Assembly (NCBI GenBank): GCA_963727825.1
Contig: CAVSHO010000007.1
Span: 96,001 to 160,000 of the forward strand
DNA from: Ignavibacteriota bacterium
Lineage (GTDB): Bacteria; Bacteroidota; Ignavibacteria; UBA10030
DNA length: 64,000 nt
Direction: 5' to 3'
Part shown: positions 33,107-45,880 of the stretch, piece after piece
Position numbering within the stretch: position 1 is the stretch's first letter
Layout: the number at the start of each line of letters is the position of its first letter
Translations under genes and position numbers: made by a program
Notes under the pieces: generated by a model
What the model saw: the letters and a program-made list of their open reading frames with translations, nothing else
What the model was told of the DNA's origin: nothing
The model's database searches: none

Positions 33107-36100
33107 ATGTCAAGGATCATTTCACTATTTCTACTTATTGTAACTATCATTTTCTGTGCGGAAGCTTCAAGCGTTAGTATATTTGGTCCAAAACGTTATG
33201 ATCGCACAACCGGCAAACCCAATACTTGTCAAGATAACTTTGTTTTAAAGCAAGGAGCGACAGCTCCATTCACGCTCACAGTCACCAATGGAGCGCCAAA
33301 CGGTTCAAATCGTGTTTCAAGCGGAACGGTTACAATCAATGGAGTTGTGATTATCAAGCAATCTGATCTCAACCAACAAGTGGGATCACTTCAGCGCGTG
33401 ATATCACTTAATGCGAATAATACTATCGAGGTAGATCTCTCAAGTACGCCCGGCTCATATTTAACAATCGAAATTACTGGACAAGCTGGAACAACAATTC
33501 CGATTCTTAGTATTACTCAGCCCACTGATGGATTTATTACGAAAACATCTCCGGTGTCAGTCGTCGGTACTGTGAGCGGCACTACTCCATTAATTGTAAA
33601 AGCTAATGATTTTCTAATGACTGTCAATACAAACGGTGTTGTCAGTGGACAAGTAGCATTGGTGGAAGGAAGTAATAACATTAGTTTCATTGCAACCGAT
33701 GCTACAGGAGGCACCGCGACTGTTGTTCGGAAAGTAATCTTAGATTCACGTCCACCGACTTTGATAGTTAGTACTCCTGTTGATAATTTCACTACCAACC
33801 AGACATCAGTGAGCGTCAGTGGGACAGTAAAAGATTCGACATCAGTGACTGTGAAGGTAAATGGAACAAGTGTTACGGCTTCCAATAGCTCATTCAGTAG
33901 TACTCTTGCACTTGTTGAAGGTATTAATACAATTACGATTGTTGCGACTGATGCAACAGGAAATCAAACGACAGTCGCTCGCACAGTGAGGAGAGATAGT
34001 CAGCCGCCGGTACTTGCTATAACACAACCGATAGATAGATTGATTACAAACCAATTAACAGTTCCAGTTACCGGCACTGTAACGGACCTGCCCACCAACA
34101 GTCAGGCGGGTGCGAGCCAAGTGCAAGTCACCGTCGATGGAAAACAGGTATCTGTCGATCATCATAATGCGTTCTATGCACTTATAACACTTGCAGAAGG
34201 CCAGAATACGATAACGGTTGTGGCAACCGATGCTGCAGGGAATTCCACGAAACTTACTCGAATGGTAACACGGGATGATGTTTCGCCAACTCTAACAGTA
34301 AGCGAACCTGCCGATGGTCTAGTGACCAAGAGTAATTCCATCAGTGTGAAAGGAACTGTCCACGACCAGACAACCGTGACTGTGCAAGTCAATGGTGTTG
34401 TATTTCCGGTTGATCAAACAGGAGCGTTCAGCGGCACTTTGTCCTTGAAGGAAGGCAAGAATATACTACAGATCGTTGCCACAGATGCAGCGAAGAACTC
34501 CACAACTATTATACGTACAGTCATTCGTGATACAACACCGCCGGATATTGATGTCTACACACCATGGAATAATATTACGACGGGTGATAGCGTTGTTATA
34601 GTAAGCGGTAAAGTCACTGATTGTACTGCAACAGTCGTAAATATTTCAATCAATGGTGGAAAGAGTAATCCTGTTCCTCTGCTATGTTTTGGTTTTTTTA
34701 TTCAGAAAGTATCGTTGAGCGGTGGAACGAATGTCATTACAATCACAGCTACAGATGCTGCAGGCAATAGTTCAATCGTAACACGAACCATCAATCGAAA
34801 AGGCACAACTCTCAAGCTAGTTGTTTCAGAGCCAGTGGATGAAACGATTACACGTGCTGGTTCTATTCTTGTAAAAGGCACAGCAACGGGAACGGGTGCA
34901 ATTACGCTGAAAGTTAATGGAGGTGTTATTAGTGTCTCATCTGATGGATCTTTCAGTACTTCGGTGAATCTTGCAGAGGGGACGAATCTCATCACCACAA
35001 CTGCTACGGATGCTTCAAATACAACCTTGACCGTCACTCGACTTGTCATCAAAGACACCACACCCCCGGTATTGATTGTTGATAAACCGGTTGATGGATT
35101 CCTTACGAAGGACGCAGCCGTTGCCGTGAGTGGCACAGTGAGCGACTCAACAAGCGTAAACGTGTTGGTGAATGGTCATGCAGTCTCCGTTGGAATAGAT
35201 GGATCCTTCAATTATTCATTATCCACTGTCGAAGGGACGAATGTCATTACCATTGTTGCAACAGATACATTGGGTAATGCAACGACCATAACGCGATGGA
35301 TCAGAAAAGACACAACGCCACCAACCTTGACTATAACGACACCCAATAATGATGCGATTACCTCTGTCGACTCGATTTTTGTAGCGGGAAGTGTGAAAGA
35401 TTCTTCGGCCGTAACACTAAAAATAAATGAGGTGTCGATCAATGTTAATGCAGATGGAACATTCAGCGGTTATGCTCCCCTTTCATCCGAAGGGGCAAAT
35501 GAGTTGTATGTTATTGCCATAGACGCATTGGGAAATGTAACCACGAGCTCACGTTTGGTAATAATGGATACACAGCCGCCAATCGTCAATCTTACATCAC
35601 CAATCGATAGTCTTATTACTAATCTCCAATCTATAACAGTAAGTGGAACAGTCACAGACTCCACTACTGTAACTCTAACGATAAATGGGAATAGTCCCCA
35701 AGGGATAAATGTATCCCTTGGTGTAGGCGGAGTTTTCAGTTATCAGTTGCCAGTTGCAGAAGGATGGAATACAATTATTATTGTAGCGACTGATGCAGCA
35801 GGAAATAAAACAACCATTACTCGAACAGTTAATAAAGACACACAACCTCCCGTTGTCAATCTTACATCGCCAATTGATAGCCTTATTACTAATATCCAAT
35901 CCATCACAGTCAATGGGACTGTAACAGATTTAACAACGATATCTTTGACCGTTAATGGGAATCCGGTAACCACAGGAAATAGCGGCACCTTTAGTGCGCA
36001 GATATCATTAAATGAGGGTTCAAATACCTTTACTATCATTGCGACAGATGCGGCGGGTAATTCCACGACAATTTCAAGAGGGGCGGTCCTCGATTCGCAA

Positions 36101-39100
36101 GCGCCAACCGTAAATTTACTTTTACCTGTTGATTCAACGATAACAAATCTCTCGTCGATTACTGTTAGCGGAAAAATAACAGACGCTTCCTTTTCATCGC
36201 TTACAATTGCAGGAAATGTTGTTACCGTGAGTACGGACGGATACTTCTCAACAACTGTAAGTCTTAATGAGGGATTAAATTCTGTTGTATTGACGGCTAT
36301 AGACAAAGCCGGAAACACAACAACAATTTCGAGATCAATAATCCGGGATTCACAAGCGCCAGTTGTGAATATCCAGTCTCCGATCGATAGTCTCATTACA
36401 AAACTTCAATCTATTACGGTGAGCGGAACTGTTAGCGATTCGACTGAAGTGCAGTTGACTGTGAAGGTCGGGAGTGGAACTCCCTCCCAGCTTGAAGTTG
36501 GAAGCGATGGAACATTCAGGACCGTTATTAATCTGGTTGAAGGAAAAAATATTATCACAATCGGAGCTTCCGATGCAGCGGGAAATAAAACAACAGTTTC
36601 AAGATTAGTTATCCGGGATACACAAGCTCCAATCGTCAATCTCACTTCACCAATCGATAGTCTCATTACCAATCTCCAATTGGTCACTGTGAGCGGAACA
36701 GTTTTAGACTCCACCTCGGCAACTCTGAAGATTAATGGGAACAATGTGCCCGTTGGTGTAAGCGGAGTTTTCAGTTATCAATCGTCAATAATTGAAGGAA
36801 AGGATACGATAACGGTTGTTGCAACGGATGCTGCTGGAAATACTACTACAATTTCGAGATTGGTAATTCGAGATTCGCAATCCCCAATTATTAATCTCAC
36901 CTCACCAATCGACAATCTTATTACAAATCTCCCATCAGTCACTTTTAGTGGGACAGTAAAAGATTCGTCGGCAGTAATGTTGACTGTGACAGTCGGGAGT
37001 GGAACTCCCTCCCAACTTAAATTAGGAAGTGATGGAACATTCAGCACGCAAGTATCATTAGTCGAAGGCACTAATACTATATTAATCACAGCCACAGACA
37101 CGGCAGGAAACTCTACAACCATCATTCGTAATGTGCGACTAGATTCAACACCGCCGAAGATGGTTCTTACATCACCAATTGATAGTTCAGTGACGAATAA
37201 AACAAAAATAGTAATAAGCGGATCGGTCGTGGATTCAAGCTCTGTTACTTTTACCGTCAATGGTATTGCATTTCCGATTAGCACCAATGGGTTATTTTCG
37301 GATACGCTTTCGATCAATGAAGGGAAAAATTATTTTAGTATCGTTGCAACCGACAAAGTTGGGAATCAAACTACTATCAAACGTACTGTTATCCGTGATA
37401 CACAGGCGCCGACGATCTTGATTGCTTCTCCAACAGCGAATGCTACTACAACTGACAGCTTAATCTCGGTGATTGGTAGCATTATTGATTCGACACAAAT
37501 ATCCATAACTGTTAACGGTGCTATACAAACAACAGGTCTCAATGGAGGGTTTACATTACCGTTATTCCTTTCCAACGGTAATAATACCGTCTCTGTTGTT
37601 GCGACTGATCAAGCCGGCAACACATCGACGCTTATTCGAACGATAACAAAAGTTTCAATGCCGCCAGATCCTATAACAGTTGCTCCAAAGATTGATGCCA
37701 CAATTGCAACTAACATTTGCGATGCTACAGAATTTTTATACACAGGTTCGAACACGATACAAAAAGGGATGACTCCAGGTTCAATTAGTAAAGCTCAAGT
37801 TTCTGTTATACGAGGAAAAGTGCTAGATGGAAATAAACAAGCTCTAAAAGGAGTTAATATAACTGTATTGAATCATCCCGAATATGGAAGCACTATAAGC
37901 AGAGATGATGGCATGTATGATCTTGCTGTTAACGGCGGATCATACATAACGATTAATTATGATCACGTTGGATATTTGTCTGCACAGCGACAGGTTGATG
38001 CCCGATTGCAATTATATAGACAAGCAGATGACGTTATACTTTTACGTATGGACACTGTGGTGCAGCATGTTGATTTAACAACGCCCCAAATTGTGCAGGG
38101 AAGACCAGTAAGTGATTCATTAGGAACTCGCAGACCGGCTTTGTTTATTCGCCCCGGGACATCTGCGAATTTGGTTTTCAATAAATATACATATAGAGTA
38201 TTAAATGCTTGTTCTATCCCGGCAAATCGTTGGTGTTCTAATACTATTATTCAACCGTCCGTAACCATTCCGACGCTGGTAGATAGTCTCGTCCCTACTA
38301 AATCAATTTCTGTCCGAATGATGGAGTACACCGCAAATGCAAACGGAGAGATCGCAATTCCCGGTGTATTGCCAGCCAGCGTGGCATATACGTTTGCTTT
38401 TGAATTGAGTGCTGATGAAATGCTCAGTGCGGGGGCAAGAGATATTCGATTTAATCAACCTGCAGTATTTTATCTAGAAAATGTTTTGGGCTTCCCGGTT
38501 GGATTGACAGTTCCTTTTGGTTGGTATGATAGACAAAATGGATATTGGAATACATCGCCAAATGGAAAAGTTATTAAAATCATAGACACCGTTGGAGGCA
38601 TTGCATCTATAGATTACAACGGAGATGGCATCGCTGAATTATCAGATACGTTGTTGGTTAAGGGAATTTCATTACTTGAGCAACAATACCTTGCCTTAAA
38701 TTATAAAAAAGGTCAATCGCTCTGGCGATGTGAAATAACGCATCTTGGCACATTCGCTGCAGGATTCACAATGGTTGGGCCATCGAATGCGCAAGAGCCG
38801 CAAAATCCACTGCCGGATCGCTATGCAAAAGTTGATCGAGATAATATCGTAGCCGGTTCAGTGATTGGAGTTCAGAATCAGACGCTCAGCGAATCTACAC
38901 CAATTGTCAATACTCCAATAACCATGAACTATAAAAGCGATCGTGTCTTTGGAAGAAGAGAAGCATATTGTCTCGATATTCCTCTTACAGGAACAACAAT
39001 TCCGCAGGGAATGTCGAAGGTAACATTAGAGATAGAGATTGTTGGAAGAAAATATGATTCCACATTTACGCCCCAACCAAATCTTACATATCACTTCGAA

Positions 39101-42100
39101 TGGGATGGAAAAGATGCGTATGGCAGAAGAGTTCAAGGTCAGCAAAATATTTTAACTATCATCACATATTCTTATCCCTCTCAATTTGCTTTGCCACCAG
39201 ATTATAATAATTGTTTTGCGACGCCTTCTGGTCAGATAATAACGCAATATGTACCGGGCTGTAAAATGATTAGCAAGACCCAAATTTGGGAAGGTAAAAT
39301 TGGCGCGTTTGACTTTCTATCACTTGGCATTGGAGGCTGGAGCTTAAGTCTGCACCATGGTTACGATTGTTTAGGCCGTATTCTTTACAAAGGTGACGGA
39401 ACGGTAAGCAGCGCAAATGTAATGGATAATGTTATCAATACCGTTATGGGAAACAAAGGAGATATAAATAATTGGTGCGCTGATTATGGCTTAGATGGGA
39501 CACTTGCGACACAAACTATGGATTGGAATGTATTAAGCCTTGCCTTTGGTAAAAACGATGAATTGTATTATAATGTCGCAAATAATTATATCCGAAAAAT
39601 AGATACCGCGGGAATAATAAATACTATAGGCGGACTTATAGGTAATGGTACTATATCGTATGACACAAGCACAGGTAAGTTAGCAAATTGCTGCGCTTTC
39701 AATTATAACGCTGCTAACGCAGCAATTAATGTTGGACCTGATGGTTGTGTTTATTTTGTAGATTATTTACTGGATGTTATTTGGAAAATAACTCAATATG
39801 GAGAACGGATTCGATATGCAGGTGTTATAGGAGCAAATTCTTCTAGTGGAGATGGTGGCACTGCCACTCAAGCCTCCTTTAATAGTCCATCATCTATTGC
39901 ATTTGGAAAAGATGGATGTTGTTATATCTTTGAAGGAAATAATAGCCGAATCAGAAAGATTTCTCCGGATGGTATTGTTACAACTGTTGCAGGCACAGGC
40001 GTGAGCGGTTATAGCGGCGATGGAGGACCAGCAACAAATGCCAAGATCCAAGGAGGGATGGTATATTCTAATCCTAGTTATATTAATGGTAATGGAACTA
40101 CCGACATGGTAGTTGGAGACGATGGCTCTATTTATTTTGCTGAAGGTGCGGGATGTCATATTAGAAAAATTACACCGGATGGCATTATACATACAATTGC
40201 TGGTACTGGAGACCAGTACAATACCGGCGATGGCGGACCTGCGGTGAATGCTCGTGTCTGGTACCCGATGAGTCTTTCATTGGGAAAAGATAGAACTCTA
40301 TTCTTATCGACAAGAAATTCAATTAGAGCCATAGCAACAGATGGATATATTAAAACTATTGTGGGCGGCGGAAATAATATATGGTTAGATAATTGTCCCG
40401 CAACCGCATATCAATTGACTTCCCAGCCCGCTATTGCAATGGGGCAAGATAATAATCTTTACGCAGCTGAAGCTTGGACTTCACCCAAAGCCTATTCGCT
40501 TAGCCACATTTTTAAAGTCACACCACCGCTTCCCGGTATTACGCTGAGCGAAATCCTTGTTGCTTCAGAAGATGGATCAGAGCAATATGTCTTTACATAC
40601 TCCGGCAGGCATCTGTGCACACTTGATGCGCTGACCGGCGTTGTAAAATATAGCTTTGGCTATGACTCGACTTATAAACTTATTACTATCACAGATGTTG
40701 ATAGTCTTGTAACACACATTGAGCGAGATTCCAATGATAATGCGACAGCAATTATATCGCCCTATGGTGTCCGCACAGAATTAAATCTCGATTCACTTGG
40801 ATACTTATTACACGCCGTAAATCCAGCAAGCGAGTCTAATCAATTTACATATACATCCGGCGGTTTGATGACGAGCAAGACTGATGCCCGCGGTAATACA
40901 TACAATTATTCATACGACTCTCTTGGTTATTTGACAATGGATTTAGATCCGGTTGGCGGTTATACAACGCTTAGCCGTGTGTACGACTCAACAGGATATA
41001 CCATAACCTCGTTGACAGCGATGGGGAAGAAAACAACATATCGTGTGGACCATTTGCGCGACGGCTCGCGTGTGCTCACCAACACCGATGCGAACGGATT
41101 AAAAACGATTACTACGATTGGAACCGATGGCTCCTCGACAACAACTACACCTGATGGTATGAGCACACCTGACCAGCAAAAACCCGATCCGCGTTACGGC
41201 ATGCAGTCGCCTTTGCAAAATGTTACTGTAAACACACCGGGCGGCTTGCAATCCAATGTAAATCAGTATAGAACAATAACGCAGATGACAGGCAACGCGG
41301 TAACGGGTTTGCAGGATAGCATTATGGTCAATGGTAAACCATTCAAGACACGATGGGATGGCAACCAAAGGATGTTGACAAAGATCAGCGCTGAAGGACG
41401 ACAAACCTTTTCCTTCTATGATGTAAAAGGAAGAGTAATTAAGGATTCTATTCCAGGACTTTTAGCAACAACTCATAAATATGACAGCAAAGGAAGAAAG
41501 ATAGAAGACAACCAGGGTGGAAGAAAAACGACATACGCATACGACTCACTTGGTAGACAAGCAAAGGTGACAGATCCTTATGGAAGAATTACTCAGTTCT
41601 TCTATGACTTGTCAGATAGGTTGGTGAGGACTGTTCTACCCGACTCATCGGAAGTATCATTCACATACGACAAGAATGGGAATATGCTTTCGTTGACTCC
41701 GCCATCTAAACCAGAACATACTTTCGATTATTCAAAAGTGGATTTGGAAACACTATACACACCTCCGTTTGCTGGAGATAGTGCAAGGGCGACTGCAAAA
41801 ATCTACAATTTTGATAGGGAGATTACTTGCATTGCTCGACCTGATAGCTTGAATATGAATTTCTTTTATGGCGGAAAAGGTTCATTAGCTGGCCAACCCA
41901 AAAAGATTTCCTATGATCGAGGAACAATGACCTTCCTTTACGATACGATTAAAGCGTTAGTTACGGGAGTAATTTCTCCAAATGGAGATTCACTGCTTTA
42001 TCAATATGATGGTCAATTGCCAAAGTATGTTCGCTGGACTGGTTCTGTCAATGGAAATATAAAAGTCAGATATAACAACGATATGAAAGTTTTAGCAGAG

Positions 42101-43647
42101 ACTATCAACAATAAAGACAGCATTAATTTTGTTTATGACAAAGATGGATTGCTTACCAATGCAGGAGCGCTCAAGTTAAAATCGAGTACAGCAAACAACT
42201 TGTTACTAAGCGATACTTTAGGAAATGTAGTGACCAACTATATCTACAATTCTCTTGGAGAAATAGCAAGTCAGCAATCGCTTTTCGGCTCGGCAGTTTT
42301 ATATCAAGTGAATTATACCAGAGATAGTTTGGGAAGAGTTTCTGAAAAGGCTGAAACAATTCAAGGCATAGCAACAAAATATGATTATGTATATGATGTC
42401 AAAGGACAACTTTTGCAGGTATCGAAAAACGATACGATTGTTTCCACGTACACTTACGACCCAAATGGCAATCGTATTGCACACATGACCCCAATTTCTG
42501 CTGACAGTGGAACATATGATGTACAAGATAGATTACTCACATACTCATCGACTCAATATCTATATTCTCAAAATGGCGACCTAAGACAGAAGATAGTGGG
42601 CACCCGCCAAACAGACGGCGGGCAAGCAGACACGACCCATTACGACTATGATGCTATGGGGAATCTTCTTTCCGTGGTTTTGCCAACGGGTACACGTATT
42701 GATTACATTACAGATGGAGCCGGTCGTCGTATTATAAGAAAAACTAATGGACAAATTACAAATCGATGGTTATACTCTGATGAATTGAGAATCAGTGGAG
42801 AAGTCGATAGCGTTGGAAACGTTGTGAGTCACTTCGTCTATGCGACAAAACAAAATGTGCCGGAGTATGTTTTGAAAGGTAGTATTGCTTATAGAGTTGT
42901 GACAGATCAGCTTGGAAGTGTAAGGCAGGTGATCAATTCAGCTACAGGCCAGGTTGTTCAGCAAATGGATTATGATGAGTTTGGAAACGTAACCAACTCC
43001 AGCGGTCAACAAATTGTGCCAATGGGGTTTGCTGGAGGGATATATGATGCTCAAACGGGACTAACAAGGTTTGGGGCAAGAGATTATGAAGCCAGTGTTG
43101 GAAGATGGATGGTAAAGGATCCGATATTATTTGCTTCAAACTCAATGAATCATTATGGTTATGCAGGAAATAATCCCATAAATCTTTTTGATATAAGTGG
43201 TAATTCTGATCTTTGGGGGAAGCTATTGCTGCTTTTACATTTGCGGCATCAACGACAAGCCTGATAAATGATATTTGGGAATACGTTAATTCAAAGGGAA
43301 GCGATATTGGTGCAACAATAGGGCTTTATGCTGATACATGGGGTATGGGTGCAAGTGTGATTAATTTTGCTAAAGCGGCAAGAGAATACGAAAATGTCGG
43401 TGATGTTAGAACTGATCCTTTAACAGCTCTTATTGAAAAACTTGGCGGAAAAATTAATGTCTGTAATTTTACAGAAACAATGGTATCAGCTGCGATGACA
43501 GCTCAGTTTGCACATACCATGGATCTCATGAGTAAGGGTTCTAACTTGAGAGCAGCGGTTTGGACATTATCTGCTCTTGCCACTCTTCAAGCCGGTATAA
43601 ATTGCTGGATCGTTGCTGAAATGAATTTAGGAAAGCAAAAAAAATAA
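33107..43647 (+). CDS. Giant secreted teneurin-like Rhs/YD protein (signal peptide, 16 Ig-like repeats, TTR-like, FN-plug, NHL propeller, YD shell, Rhs core, C-terminal tip); tip separated by a frameshift at 43215-43219
   Basis: Signal peptide ..FCAEA; repeats delimited by R..D..PP (~33500-37655); VIRGKVLDG..GSTISRDDGMYDLAVNGG; WDGKDAYG; GGWSLSLHH; AGTG..GYSGDGGPA; FGARDY..GRW..KDP..NPINLFDISG. ORF 33107-43264 joins 43213-43647 if G5 becomes G6. Confidence 0.88.
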
Positions 43648-43668
43648 ACATCAAAAGGAGTTAAAATT

Positions 43669-44160
43669 ATGTTCATTATAATTAATGGCATTTTTTGTAT
43701 TGCATTGATGGTATTTTTGAGTCGTTCGTCAAACAAGCCGGCACGAATTGATGGAACAAGCGGTAATATTATTCTCTATTGTGGTGCCCGTTATATAGTT
43801 TTTGCTTTTATTGGATTTTTATGTGCTTTTGATATTCTATACATATTCCATCCTATTCTCGGAGAAATTACTTTGAATTCTATAATAATTTTCCTTCCTG
43901 TGGGTGCATGTATTTATGGTGGATTAAAAATGTTTCTTATGGCGAGGCGCTATGAAATTGAACTGACCCACGATGCAATTATTGAGAAGCAAATAATAAG
44001 GAAACCAGTCAAAATTGAATGGGAAAAAGTAAAGAAAGTTCTTAATATCAACCGTGGTGTCGAAATATATAGTATTGAGGGAACAAAAATTAGAATTCCT
44101 CAAACGATGGATGGATATTTAACTCTTCTTAAAGTAATAGAAGAAAAGCATCCTAGATAA
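43669..44160 (+). CDS. Membrane protein, candidate immunity protein
   Basis: RBS AAGGAG; 21 nt after the Rhs tip; three TM segments plus a PH-like C-terminus (IEWEKVKKV..KIRIP). Confidence 0.55.
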   Translation: MFIIINGIFCIALMVFLSRSSNKPARIDGTSGNIILYCGARYIVFAFIGFLCAFDILYIFHPILGEITLNSIIIFLPVGACIYGGLKMFLMARRYEIELTHDAIIEKQIIRKPVKIEWEKVKKVLNINRGVEIYSIEGTKIRIPQTMDGYLTLLKVIEEKHPR

Positions 44161-44164
44161 ATAC

Positions 44165-44470
44165 CTTGTTCCCAAATTCTCCGTCCATAAAACGGCGGAC
44201 AAGTATTTGGGAATGGAAGGTTTGAAGCTCTGCTTCAGAACTAAGGATGTTAACAGAACTTGGAATAACCGAGTAATGGTTGGGAGAACATCAAAGATTT
44301 AGTAAGCAGTATCGGGAGTGTACCTCTCCGATCGCTGGGAGCGGTCGGAGAGGTGGTACCAAGTTGTGAAGGAGTTCCGCTCAAAGATAAGGCATGGCGG
44401 ATAAATGCACTCCTGAACTAAAAAGTGAAACAAATAGAATGGTCGAGAATTAGAACTCCCTCACAGCTTA
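44165..44470. repeat. REP/REPIN cluster upstream of the rhomboid gene
   Basis: TTCCCAAAT..ATTTGGGAA, GAAGCTCTGCTTC, TACCTCTCCGA..TCGGAGAGGT, and a RAYT-2 REPIN at 44361-44470. Confidence 0.75.
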
Positions 44471-44525
44471 GAGGCGCTTAGTGGTATTCCAAAATACTTT
44501 ATATAACCTACAGTAAGGTAATACA

Positions 44526-45674
44526 ATGCTCCTTGTACCATACAAAATGGAGACAACGTTCACGCGAATCCCGTTTACGAATGCGGCAATTATCGTTGTG
44601 ACGTCATTGATTTTCTTCCTTCCCTTTACAGGTGCTATTACATTTAATGATCTTGAACCTTTTGTGTTAAAAGACTGGGACTTCAGCCAACTGATAGGGA
44701 GTGCATTTTTGCATGGAGGTTTCTTCCATCTTCTTGGCAATATGCTTTTTTTATGGATTTTTGGTAACGCTATCTGTGGAGCTGTAGGAAATATAGCTTA
44801 TCCATTTCTCTATTTGTTTCTGGCGATTATTTCCGGGTCAACTTATCTCATAATGAGTAGTCAACCAATGATTGGTGCAAGCGGCGCGATCAATGGTATT
44901 GTCGGTATGACACTTGTTTTTTTTCCGAAGAACCGTATCCATACCTTTTATTGGTTTTTTATTCCAATAATATGGCTTATCAAAACTGGAAAGTTTAAAA
45001 CGAAAACCAGTTGGATGATTTTGTACTGGCTTATCTTTGATATCTTTGGCGCCATGGCTGGTGGTGACGGCGTTGCGCACTGGGCACATCTCGGTGGATT
45101 TATGGGCGGAGTGATAGTTGGATTAATTTTATTACAATTCCATGTTATCGTTACGCATAGCCCTTCTTTATTGGATGTGTTATCAGGAAAGGCATCAGAT
45201 CCAGATGCGTTCAGCGATATGGATTTAGAGACTCTTGCCACTTCTCATAGAACACAGAATCCATCGAATGCATTGACGCCGGTCGAACAACAAAAATCTG
45301 CTGCCATAACAATGCAACCTTCCCAACCACAAGAGACACCTACTGTACCAAATATTCATCTCTCGCGATGTGTAGGTGAGGGAAGCCCTGTGACATGCTA
45401 CATTGTTAATAAAGGCGCAACTATAAAAAGCCCACAGCTGAAAGTACCGCAGGGAGTAACGGCGCTCATGAATTCAAAAATTGCACTGCGTACACGCGAA
45501 TCCGGATGGATTCGATTTTCCACTGATGATCAGAGTTCAATTGATAGCATAGAGTTCATTCTGGGATATAAGAACTCATTAAATGAGTTTCATAAAATGC
45601 GCTTTCGATGTATCCCATCGGCAAATACATTGACCATGATTTCGTCGACCGAGCCGCAAGAAAAAGAATTATAG
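44526..45674 (+). CDS. Rhomboid intramembrane serine protease with C-terminal soluble domain
   Basis: FLHGG..HLLGNMLFLWIFG, IGASGA, AHLGG. Confidence 0.88.
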   Translation: MLLVPYKMETTFTRIPFTNAAIIVVTSLIFFLPFTGAITFNDLEPFVLKDWDFSQLIGSAFLHGGFFHLLGNMLFLWIFGNAICGAVGNIAYPFLYLFLAIISGSTYLIMSSQPMIGASGAINGIVGMTLVFFPKNRIHTFYWFFIPIIWLIKTGKFKTKTSWMILYWLIFDIFGAMAGGDGVAHWAHLGGFMGGVIVGLILLQFHVIVTHSPSLLDVLSGKASDPDAFSDMDLETLATSHRTQNPSNALTPVEQQKSAAITMQPSQPQETPTVPNIHLSRCVGEGSPVTCYIVNKGATIKSPQLKVPQGVTALMNSKIALRTRESGWIRFSTDDQSSIDSIEFILGYKNSLNEFHKMRFRCIPSANTLTMISSTEPQEKEL

Positions 45675-45701
45675 TAGCCAAGCTTGGGAATGAGAACCCT
45701 C

Positions 45702-45862
45702 AATTGTGAAGAAGTCGAACTCCTGAACGGAGATAAGAGCGGGACAAGTGCAAGAAATTATGAAGGTGAACAAGGTTTATTTAATGTCCAAACAGATCCA
45801 AGTTGTGAAGGAGTTCCGCCATAAGATAAGGCATGGCGGATAAATGTACTCCTGAATTAAAA
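45702..45862. repeat. RAYT-2 REP copies
   Basis: TTGTGAAGAAGTCGAACTCCTGAAC (~45704) and AAGTTGTGAAGGAGT[30-nt insert]TGTACTCCTGAA (45800-45856). Confidence 0.75.
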
Positions 45863-45880
45863 TTGTTAAATAATTATACG

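Noticed and set aside
33517-37575. Long minus-strand ORFs within the giant gene
   Set aside because: Antisense shadows of Thr/Val/Ser-rich repeat codons, with no independent motifs
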